Positions 11,859 to 23,800 of a stretch of 64,000 nucleotides of DNA are shown piece by piece. Below the pieces are notes generated by a model. That model was not told where the DNA came from and did no database searches. It saw only the letters and a list, made by a program, of their open reading frames with translations. Source of the DNA: Euglena gracilis (lineage: Eukaryota); NCBI GenBank assembly GCA_039621445.1, contig CP154954.1, positions 49,083,847 through 49,147,846 on the forward strand. Reading direction: 5' to 3'. How positions within the stretch are numbered: position 1 is the first letter of the stretch; each line of letters starts with the position of its first letter. Position numbers and translations under genes: made by a program.

Positions 11859-14800
11859 TCAGCAGGCAGCGACGTTGAGGCTGCGCAGCAAATCCAGCAG
11901 AGGGTGGGGGGCGAACAGTTGGGCGGAGGCGGCGGGGGCGGGGGGAGTCGGCAGCAAGCACCTCTGGTCAGCCATGCCCTTGGGCCCAGCATCGCCCAGC
12001 ATCGCCCAGCATCGCTCAGCATCGCCCAGCATCGCCCAGCATCGCCCAGCATCGCCTTTGGAGCCCTTGAAGGTGTACCTATAATGCCTGCTGCTTTTGC
12101 CGCTCTCGCCCACTTTTGGTTGCTTTTGGTCATCTTTGGTTGCTTTTTGACCACTTTGACCACTTTTGACTGCTTTTTGACCACTGTTGCCCACATTTGC
12201 TGCCTTTTGACCAATTTTGACTGCTTCTTGACCACTTTTGCTGCTTTTTGCCCACCTTTGCCCACCTTTGCCCATGTCCAACCACCTTTGCGGCTTTTTG
12301 ATCACTTTGCTGCTTTTTGACCACCTTTGGCCCCTTTTGCCTGCTTTTTGACCACTTTTGACAACTTTTGTTGCTTTTCGACCACCTTTGCCCACATTTG
12401 CTACTTTTTGCCCACGTTTGCTACTTTTTGCCCACTTTTGGCCATTGTTGCTGCTTTTTGATCACTTTCACTTTTTTTGCCCACTTTTGCTGCTTTTGAC
12501 CACTTTTGCCACGTTTGCCCACTTTTTTACCACTTTCGCTGCTTTCTGACCACTTTTACCCCACTTTTGCCTGCTTTTTGACCACTTTTTGACCACTTTT
12601 GCTGCTTTTTGCCGGAGGATGTGGTGCAGGCCTTTGAGATGGCAACATCGTGTGCAAATTGCAAGCCTCTTGCCGGTCAGACAAACAAAGTCCAAAACAG
12701 TTGTTGTGCTGGAGGGTGGAGGGTGGCACCCCATCTTGTCCATCTGCATCTTGTCCAGTATCTGCATCTTGTCCAGTATCTGCATCTTGTCTAGCATCTG
12801 CATCTTGTCCAACATCTGCTTCTTGTCCAGTATCTGCTTCTTGTCCACCATCTACTTCTTGTCCAGAAACTGCATCTTGTCCACCATCTGCATGTTGTCC
12901 AGTGTGTGCATCCAATTCATCTTGTCCAGCATCGGCATCTTGTCCAGTATCTGCATCTTGTCTAGCATCTGCATCTTGTCCAGCATCGGCACCTTGTCCA
13001 ACAACTGCATCTGCATCTTGTCCAGTGTCTGCATCCAGTTCATCTTGTCCAGCATCGGCATCTTGTCCAGTGTCTGCATCTTGTCTAGCATCTGCATCTT
13101 GTCCAGCATTGGAATCTTGTCCAGCAACTGCATCCAGTTCATCTTGTCCAGCATCGGCATCTTGTCCAGTATCTGCATCTTGTCCAGCATCTGCATCTTG
13201 TCCAGCATCGGCATCTTGTAGCATCTGCATCTTGTCCATCATCTGTCCAGTATTCATCCGTTGGCTCCTGATCAAGCCAAAATAACCACAAAAGCCCAAA
13301 AAATGGCCACAAAAAGCCCAAAATTGCCCACAAAAAGCCCCAAAAAGCAACCAAAATAACCAAAAATTGCCCAAAAACACCAACAATGTCTACAAAAGAT
13401 TGTGAAAAATGACCCAAAATCACCAAAAAGGCGCAAAATGGCCAAAAATGCCATACAATCTGCTCAAAAAGGCCCCAATTAGCCCAATATTTGCCAAATC
13501 AGTGATAAATAGCCCCCAAATTAGCAAAAATTGACCCATTATGGCCAAAATGGGTGTAAAACTGGAGATTTGTGGGAAAATTATCCCAAAAATAGTTCAA
13601 TTCTCCAAAATATACAAAAAAAATGCCAGCATCGCCCAGCATCGCCCAGCATCGCCCTGCATCGCCCAGCATCGCCCAGCATCGGAACCCCACCTCTGGT
13701 CTCCAAAAATCCAGCATCGCCCAGCATCGCCCTGCATCGCCCAGCATCGCCCAGCATCATCAGAGGTGCTTGGTCGGCAGGGCGCAGCCCCGGAGGGCAG
13801 TGCGGGCTTGGCGGCAGCGACCCCGACGGCGTCGTTGGGGATGGGGGGGCAGGGATGTGTGGGGACCCCTGAGTGGGGGGGACCCCTCACACGGGTGGGG
13901 ACTACCTCGAACCTGTTAGGGGCTTTCTATGGCCGTTCAGAGTCATGGATACTGGGCCGAAATTGTTGGGATTAGATGTATAAAGGCATGCGTATGCATT
14001 CAAACCTAACTAACCATTGAACCTAAAATTTTATTTGAAAATAAAACACACACCCAAACTGCTCTGTTTATGACTTCCTTGAATGTTTTTCATGTGGAAA
14101 AAAATCAAAAAAAATGTTCAATCCGCTGAAAAGCGAGGGGGAAAATCATTGTTGGTGCTTCCTGCAGATTCTTTTTCACTGCTTTTGGAAGGGTGTGGGG
14201 GTCAGACGACCACTCCCAACATCGGGGGGGGGGGGTCAGGACCTCCTTGCCCCCAAGCACCTTCGGTCACATACCCGCATCCCCGCGTCAGTGGCCGCAC
14301 CCACATTCCCTCATTCGCTCAAGTAAGGGCATAAAGGCATTTCCCCACCCCACTCCAACAGTCGCCTTACCTGCATCCCTGCATCCGCTCCAGTACGGGA
14401 TGGCCTGGTGGGGGTCAACCCCCCCCCTCCGGGAGGTACGGGGGGTTGACCCCCCCCACACACAGCATTCGGTGCCGAAGGAAAATTTTGAACTAAATAA
14501 GTGGTTCCTTGTGTACAGGGAGGCTTGGTGGGGGGGTCCACCCCTCCACGTACCACCCATGGGGTTGCGGGGATCCCCGTACAGCCCTGGCCCCAATAAC
14601 TGCACACCCATCCCATATCCAGACATCTGCTCCACACACACAAAGTGGTGCAAAATGGTCAAATATCGTCAAAATGGACGATATTTGAATATGAATTTAA
14701 ATGGACCCAAAAAAAATGCCAATAGTGGTTTGAAATAGCCAAAAAAAATGACCACAAATGGGTCACAGGAGAAAATGGCCCAAGACCAGAAGAAAATGAG

Positions 14801-17800
14801 CAGCCAAAAATGGCCAAAAATAGGTCAAAAGGGGCCAAAAGGGGCCAAAAGCTACATAAATTGGCCAAAAGTGGCAAAAAGTGGCAAACAACCTCCAAAA
14901 GCGGCCAAAGTGGCTGGAAACAAGTCGAACAACAGCCAAAAAATCTCCGCATCGCCCTGCATCACCGTGCATTGCCCTGCATCACCCGACATCGTCAAAC
15001 TTGCCCACCACCTACCTCAATACCAAAAGTCCCTGGGGGGGGGGGGGGTTGCGGTCTGTGCTGTGGTGCCAGTGCTCACACTTTTTTCAAACAAAAACAG
15101 CCCCAAAGCATGATTTTGTAATTTTGGGAACACGCTAATTTTAGAAATATAGATTTTGTTGGTCAGATAAAAATCCGAAAATGACAAAAAAAAGACGAAA
15201 AGTTTGGCCTAAGGCAAAAAAAAATATGGTCCAAGATGCAGAAATCCTCGAAGTCAAAATCATTTCCAAGCAGAAAATGGAGGGGAAAAAGCATACAAAA
15301 AAGCCAGAAGTTGCCAAAATTTGCCTAAATTTGTCAAATTTGGCTAACTTTGGCAACAAATAAAAAAAAAACACCTGGGTTCCCTTGTGAAACGTCCAAA
15401 AATGACCGGAACTCACTTCACCTCCCATTTTTGGTCCATGCGAAAAAATTGCTGAGAAAGGGGAAAAAAATGCGGAGAAAAATGCGGGAAAAATGCAGAG
15501 GATTGCGGAAAATGCGGAAATATTGCGGTAACCAATTCTCCCCGGGACTGGTCTCAATTTTGCAGGGTGCAAAACAGCAGAGAGGCTGGGGGCGGTGCCG
15601 TGCCAGTGTGCACACAATTGGCTGGCAGCGACTTCGGGGCATGGGGCTGGGTATGACCCACACAAGTTGAGGTGTAGGCAATTTATGCTCCACACAGCAC
15701 ATTGCAGGCAATTCCTGTGGCTCGCTGGGCTGGAGAGGTCCGCTTCCAGCGCTGCCAACGCCGGAGGGGCCGGGGTGGCACTCTCCGGGGGCGGCGTGGC
15801 CGGCCGGTCCTGGTCCTCGGTGGGGTCCCGGGGACGGGCTGGGGGGGTCCGCAGGCTGAACGGGAAGACGTGGGCTGGTGGGCGCGGCCAGGGCTTGATT
15901 GACTCGGCACAGCGTCTTTGCCATGGTCAATGCAGAGTCAGCAAAATAACTGGGCACCTGTTCTGGGCCGGCAATGGGTGTCTCATTTGCAATCCCAACT
16001 CCTTATTGCTTCCCAATCTCAAAATTGAATGCCAACCCAGAAATCACATGAACACACACAAGCAAACCACACACAACACACGCATTCAGACAACACACAT
16101 TGAAAGCTGCACGGTGTGCATGGTGTGCACGGAGTTCCGCATACCATACCTCGGTATCTCCACAGACAAAACTGCCGACCACTCCACCACAGCACCACAC
16201 CACACCATCACTGACTGGTAAAAAAGTCACACACAGCCACAACATTCAGGAATAGCAGGCGTTCCTTCCGTCAACGCCTGGGCAGCGACCCGACTTGACT
16301 ACTGGGTCCGCTGGCCAGGGCCAGGCATTGTTTTTTAAGGCACCATTGAAAGCCTTAAAAAAAAAACCTTAAAATGCCTAAAAAGTTGCACAAAAAGCCG
16401 TAAAAAAACCCTAATGCACCCTGTAAAACCATTTGAAAAAAACCCTTTAAAACCCTCAATAAAACTCCGGCAAACATTTCAAATTTTGAGCAAAATGAAG
16501 TTGCACAACAAATTTTTCTGCAATCGCTGGGAACTCTTCCATTTACTTGAACTCGCAAAAAACGTTTTCGAGTTTTCTGAAGTTGGACCCCTTCGGTATC
16601 GGGTTGGCCCTTTGGGTCGTAATTGGGAAGTAAAAATATCAAAAAATAGGGGGGAAAAATGCCATAAAAATTTGAAATTTATTCGCCTGAAAAATAATGC
16701 CTGGCCAGGGCTCCCGGGGAGCGGCGGCCAACGGGGACCGGGCCAATGCTGGGCTGCCAAGGGCCTCCAGGGTAGGGGGGGACCCCGGCCGCTTGCTGGA
16801 GTCCCCCGAGGAGACAGGGTTCGGGGGCGCCCCCCTGCCGTTGGCTGGCACCCAACCCTTGCGGCTGCCCAGTGAAAGGATTGGTACCTTTTCTTTCGCT
16901 GAGAAACACCCGGGGAAGCCTTCTGTGTCCTGCAGTTTGTTTGGAATGCTGGAGCCATTGCAGCTGGACCGTCAGAGCAGCAGCGCAACAGCAGTGCCAA
17001 CTCATTGAATCAACGCAAAGGAGAGTTCGTTAGGACGGCAAATGCGCCGAAGCCCCGTGTACCCAGGTTGCCCTGCGGCACCACGCCGGGTTGGACAGAG
17101 TCTCATCGGCCAATCGGACGTTGAAAGCGCGTGCAGGCCAAAGCGGACCCCCCCAGCGGCGCCAGAACCGCGACACGCCAATGCCTCATGACAGACAAGC
17201 ACCTCTGGTCATCCATGCCCTTGGGCCCCAGCATCGCCCAGCATCGCCCTGCATCGCCCAGCATCGCCCAGCATCGCCCAACATCGCCCAGCATCGCCTT
17301 TGGAGCCCTTGAAGGTGTGCCTATAATGCCTGCTGCTTTTGCCGCTCTCGCCCACTTTTGGCTACTTTTGGCTACCTTTGGTTGCTTTTTGACCACTTTG
17401 ACTGCTTTTTGAACACTTTTGCCCACATTTGCTGCCTTTTGACCAATTTTGACTGCTCCTTGACCACTTTTACTGTTTTTCCCCCACTTTTGCCCTTTTC
17501 CAACCACCTTTGCGGCTTTTTGATCACTTTTGCTGCTTTTTGACCACTTTTGGCCCCTTTTGCCGCTTTTCGCCCACCTTTGTGGCTACTTTTTGATCAC
17601 TTTTGCCCACTCTTGCCTGTGTTTTGACCACTTTTGCCCACATTTGCTACTTTTTGTCCACTTTTGGCCATTGTTGCTGCTTCCTGATCACTTTTGCTGC
17701 TTTTTGACCACTTTTGCTGCTTTCTGACCACTTTTGCCCCACTTTTGCTTTTTTTTTCACCACTTTTTGACCACGTTTGCTGCTTTTTGCCGGCACAGGG

Positions 17801-20800
17801 TGTGGTGTGCAGGCCTGTGAGATGGCAACATCGAGTGCAAGTTGCAAGCCTCTTGCCGGTCAGACAAACAGAGACAAAAACAGTTGTTGTGCTAGATGGT
17901 GGAGGGTGGCACCCCTGCAACTGCAACGGGGTGTCGACCAAACACCCCGCCTAGACCAGGCTGGATCTGCGGCGAGTGTTCAGAGGTCATACCAGCAACG
18001 GCCAAGGACGGACACAGCAAAGTGGCGTTGTCCAGCATCTGCACCTTGTCCACCACCTGCATCTTGTCCAGCATCTGCATCTTGTCCAGCATCTGCACAA
18101 CAGCATCGGCATGTTGTCCACCATCTGCATCTTGTCCACCATCTGCACCTTGTCCAGCATCGGCATCTTATCAATATCTGCAACGTTGTCCAGTGTCTGC
18201 ATCCACTTCATCTTGTCCAGCATCTGCTTCTTGTCCCAGCATCTGCATGTTGTCCAGTATCTGCATCTACTTCATCTTGTCCAACATCGGCATCTTGTCC
18301 AGTATCAACATCTTGTCCAACGCCTGCATCTTGTCCAGCATCTGCATCTTGTCCAGTGTCAACCATTGGCACCCAACCTAACCAAATTAACCACAAAAGC
18401 CCAAAAATGCCCACAAAAAAACCCAAAATTGACCACAAAAAGCCCCCAAAAAGCAACCAAAATGACCCAAAATTCCTTCAAATAACCAAAAAAAGCCCAA
18501 AATGCCAAAAGATTGTGAAAAATGACCCAAAATCACCACAAAAGCGCAAAATGGCCAAAAATGCCATAAAATGTGCTCGAACAGCCCCAATTAGCCCAAT
18601 ATTTGCCAAATCAGTGACAAATAGCCCCCAAATTAGCAAAAATTGCAAAAAGCAAAATTAGCAAATTAGCAAAAAAAAATTGACCCATAATGGCCAAAAT
18701 GGGTGTAAGACTTGAGAATTGTGGGGAAATTATCCTAAAAAAGCGTTTAATTCTTCAAAATGTACAAAAAATTGCCAGCATCGCCTAGCATCGCCCAGCA
18801 TCGCCCTGCATCGCCCAGCATCGCCCAGCATCGGAACCCCACCTCTGGTCTCCAAAATTCCAGCATCGCCCAGCATCGCCCAGCATCGCCCAGCATCGCC
18901 CAGCATCGCCCAGCATCATCAGAGGTGCTTGATGACAGAGACCGCAGGGGGGCGGAGAGGGGACGCGGGGCAGCCGGCGCCGGCGGAGTGGCTTCGGAGA
19001 TGACGTAGCGAGCAGGGCTCTCTGATCGGGAGGGGACTGTTCCATGGGGGAAAATGAACTCTATGCCAACGCCTCCAACACACATTTATGCTGGTCTCGG
19101 ATCGGGGGGTCGCTAGAGCGGGGGGGGGGGCAAGTTGGCAAGTTGGGGATGCATGGATGTATGGTCATTTTGGCTATTTTCCTTTAGGCCCTTTTTGGCC
19201 AATTATAGGCCGATTTTGTCATTTCTGGCCACTTTGGGTGAAATGCATTAAGTTTTTTTCCTCTCGCAGTTTTCTTCTTTTTGCTGTTTCAGTCATTTTA
19301 CTGTGACTTTACCATTTTTGGACATTTTTGTTACTTTCCTGTCAACTTGCAAGATCAGAGGGCCATTGCCGTTGCACGTTCCACCGCCGTTTTGGCGTTG
19401 CAATAAAAAAAAACACAGCAAAAAAAGACAATCAAAAGCAAACACTGCATTTTGAATTGACCAGTGTGGAAACACAAAAGACAAAGCTCATTGGGCACAT
19501 TGGATGGGAAATTGTGTGGCAATGCCATGTTCACGTGTGAAACACTCTTTGGAGAACTAATGCTGAAGGAAAATGCAAAAATTTATTCGCACAACTCTGC
19601 CCAAGCATAGTATCCAGAAAGGTCTGACCAGGGGAAGGTCATTGGACAAGCCTTGTTGCTGAACGGGGGGAACGGGGGGGGGGGGGCAGCTGAACCGAAA
19701 AAAAGCAAAAGTCGAGGCGTTCACATAAGCTGGGAGAAGGGGTGACTGCATTCCCTCTCAAAGCACGACAGTGTGGCGACTGCCGAGGTAACGACAGGGA
19801 GGCCCCTGGCCGGGGTGCAGTTTGCTGCACTTCCCGCCGAACTTGCACTGCCCCGTCATGGCCCACACCTCACACACCTGCCGGCCGGCCTGGGCCTGCA
19901 CCGCCCCGGACAGCTGCCGGTAGTCCGAGAGGTCCGGGTGGGGGAATCGGCACCGGGGGGACTGCCCCCGCCTTGCCTCTGCTCCCGGCAATGGTGTCCA
20001 TATGGAGGTATTTGAATCCCAACGTACCCCCCCCTCCCTTTGTCCAAACGACCATTTACCTGCAACCTATGACCAGAGGGGGTGGTCGTACGCCCCCATC
20101 ACCTGCAACCTGTGACCGGGGGGTGGTCATTATAAAGGGGGCAAAGACTCACGCACAGCGAAAAGCGGGAAAAATTCATAAAGGAGGTAAGCCCAAACAC
20201 AGCGGCTGCTCCTGAGGGGGTGTCATGAACGATAGCTGTTGTGGTATTCTGGCTGCTGTGCAAATGCTACACCGAAGGGGTGCGGGGCAGGCACTATTCC
20301 GCGGGCCCCCTGCCCCCGGCTTCTTCAGAAAACCCCTCCTTGCATTGCTGTTTGTGTTGTCTCCACACTGGGCAGTGCTACGTTGGGATTCAAATAAAAG
20401 CCGGTGAACACAAATGCTGCCAAGACCAGCCGAGTTGGAATTCTGCAGCCAACACTTGGAGGCGAAATCCCCAGAAACCCTTCAAAAATACGACTTTGTG
20501 GTTGCGTTGGATTTTTCCAAATGCCTTTTGGCGCTTTGCACCAGGATTTTGCGTGCTCAGCCCATCTGTGCCAGTGTGCCAGGCTGGCCCAAAATTTATT
20601 CCGGCACACCCCCTCCCCAAGGAGGGGGGGGTCAGCAGCCTGGCTGGAAGCTGCTGGCTGGGGAAACTGTGCGGGACCCTCTCCCCCCCCCGGGGTGGGG
20701 TCACCTGTGGAAAAACTCCCGCTGAGGAAATCCCTGGAGCACGAGAATGGTGTGGGAATGAGACGTTATTGAGCGAAGCACGTGTGACCACAGGAGCGGG

Positions 20801-23800
20801 GAGTGGGGGAGGCAAGGTAGGCGGGGTCAGGCTGCCGCCGCACACAGCGGCCCTTCAGGTAGTCGAGGCCAGGCTTCAGGGCTTCGAAAAAATGGCAGAA
20901 ACTTGTAGGGAAATTGATATCAGGAGGGCAAACATTTTTGCTGACGGCGACTGAGATAATTTCACAAATTTTTGCCATTTTGCAATGTAGGCGCAAATTT
21001 TGGGCCGTTGTTGACACACTTTTTCAAACAAAAAGGTCCAAAAGCACAATTTTTGTAATTTTGGGAACATGGTGATCTGGAAATGTGGAATTTCTGTGGT
21101 GAAAAAAATACGAAAACGGCAAAAACTGCCGAAAAAATTGGTCTCAGGAAAAAATCTGGTCCAATGCAAAATTTTTCTAAATCGAAATTATTTTCCAGCA
21201 GAAAATGGGGAAAACCCTAAAAAAGGCCCTAAGAAAATTTGTCAATTTTTCTAAATTCGACAAATTTTGGCAAATTTGAAACAAAATAACAAAAAAAGCA
21301 CCTGGGTTCCCTTGTAACACGTTTGAGAAGTGGCCAAAACTCATCTCGCCTTCTGTCTCAGGTTTATGTGAAAAAATTGAGGAAAGCGAAAAGATTGCGG
21401 AAATTGCGGGAAAAATTGTGGAAATCAATTCCCCCCCTTTGAGGCTGTTGCTTTAGGTTTCACAGCACCCCGGGTCATTTGGAAAGTGGAAATCCTACCT
21501 CCCCCCCCCCCTTGTCGTTGACACGCCAATGTTCCAGGAGAGCGCCGTTGACACGGGGGGCGTGTCAACGACACGTCATGTCAACGTCACTGTGATTCAA
21601 TAGGTACCCCCCCCCCAGTCGTATGACCGGGTTCCTGCAACCTGTGACCGGGGGGGGGGGGGTCATAACACCCCCATAACCTGCAACCGGTGACCGGGGG
21701 GTGGTCGTAAATGAGGTGGCGGTCATAGGTAAGGTGGTGTTAAATTTTTCGCAACCTGCAACCTGTGACCGGGGGGGGGGGGGGTGGTCATAACACCCCC
21801 ATGACCTGCAACCTGTGACCGGGGGGTGGTCGTAAATGAGGGGTGGTCGTACGACTAGGGGGGGGGGGCAGTGTTCCAGAAAAGTGTCGTTGACACTGGG
21901 TGTGTGCCAACCAGGCATTATTATTTTTTAAGGCGCCTTAAAAAACCTTAAAAAACCTTAAAAACCTTAAAAAATTTTTTTGCCAAAATGCCTTAAAAAA
22001 CCTTAAAAAACCTTAAAAAACCTTAAAAAAATCACCCCGGGGAAGTTTTTCTTCCCCGTGATGACCTTAAAAACCCTTAAAAATTTTCCCTGGGAATTTT
22101 TTTTCTTGCACCAAACAAATAATGGCATGTCTGAAACCCCGCATAAAGCCAGTCAATGCAGAAGCGGTTGTGAACAAACAATATGAAAACCGGATTGTTT
22201 GCCAAGGTTTCTGGCATAATTCGGTTGGCCTCGGTTCACCAAAAGCTGTGACACACGGCAGAATAAGCAAAACTTGCAACCACATCTTTCTTGATTTGAA
22301 TTACTTGAGACATTCTTAGAGGAGTCAACCCAAATTGCTCAAAAGTGCAATTGCAGCAAAAGTTGCATGAACAACAAAAAAATCCCGATTTGGGACAATT
22401 TACTACGCTGGAGCAGTTTCCAGGGTTTACCACCGGTTCGTGCTAGGAAACTTGAAATCCGGTTCGTGATTGTTCGTGATTGTTCGTGATTGTTCGTGAT
22501 TGTTCGTGATTGTTCGTGCTTCCAAAAAACCGCCCGGTTTTCCTTTGTCCTTGGCGAAAAAAGTGATTCCTCTTGAACTTTGGCTTCTTGTGCCTCTTTT
22601 AATCTAAACATTCAGGCCAATGGGGAAAGCAAAAGAGGCTCAGCAATTATCTGCCTCTTTGGGGGAGGTTGTTCATTGGGAACCTGACACCAAAGGACAA
22701 AAAATATACCTTTTGAAAAACACGAAATACCTTTTCCCACAACCTTCGGTTTGCAAAGGAGGTTGTCCTTGTGAGTTGTTTCGCTTTGCATGTGTCTCCT
22801 CAGTCCAATGCATTGAAACATGGCAAACACTGCACCACATTTCCGAACCTCTCACTTGCATCACTCCACCAAACTGAAAAAGGTGACCAAAAGGGGGGGA
22901 AAGCAAAACAAGATAAATATGGCACTCTCTTGAGGAGTCATTTTGCCGCCTCTGTTCCATGCCCTTTTCTCTTTGGTTGATTGAACAACACAGAAGAAGA
23001 CATTTCTGCAAGAGTGACGAAAAAATCCGGTTCGTGATTGTTCGTGATTGTTCGTGATTGTTCGTGATTTTGCCAAAGTCCCAAGTTCGTGCTGGTTCGT
23101 GATTGTTCGTGATTGTTCGTGGCACGAACCGGTGAAAAACCCTGCAGTTTCCCACACTTGCCACAGCATTTCAAGCAGCGAAACAGTGCGTTCTCCAATT
23201 GAGCGGTGATTCCGCGAATTTTTCCCACTTTTTTTTGCCCAAGCACGCGAAAGTTTTGGTCCCCGCACTTATGTGCAGCAGTTGGAAGAAAGACTTTCTC
23301 GTTTGGATCAGAAACCTTGCCATTGTGGAGAAATTCCTGCTGAATTTGCATGCTTTCACACCCAAAATCTCGAATATCGCAAAGTAGGATTGAGAATTTG
23401 CAACAACAGTGGCAAAATGACACAGTGGATATCCGAAACGCAATCGCGGATTTGCAGACCCGCAATGCGGCAACCCGTGCCAGGGCGGTCCTTAGGCAAA
23501 AAAAAATCCTGTCCCCATACACTTCAACCAAAAATTAAGGAAAAGGGGATTTTGGCAGGGGAAATTTTTTTGAAAATTACGTTGAAAAATGAACCCAAAA
23601 TGCATGGTTGGTTTTTTGATGGAAAATTACATTTTCCCAAAAAAAAATCACCAAAATTTTAGGGATGAAAATTGTTAGTTTTCAGGAGGGAGGTCAAAAA
23701 ATGCAGGTCAAAAAAATGGGACCAAATTTTGGAACAGTCAACTTTTACTGACCTTTTTTCCCTTGTAAATTTTTTGGATTTTCAGTGGCATTTTTTTGCT

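Noticed and set aside
12468-13426. Long ORFs with QDADAG / MLDKMQ / SSICIL repeats (also 17777-18661)
   Set aside because: They are translations of an 18-bp minisatellite inside a non-autonomous element and are open in several frames on both strands.
18930-19010. RYV(I/V)S reading frame for the exon after finger 2, which would end in an early TGA in B and C
   Set aside because: The continuous ORF in paralog A and synonymous TCA/TCG changes support the (G/A)TSS frame.
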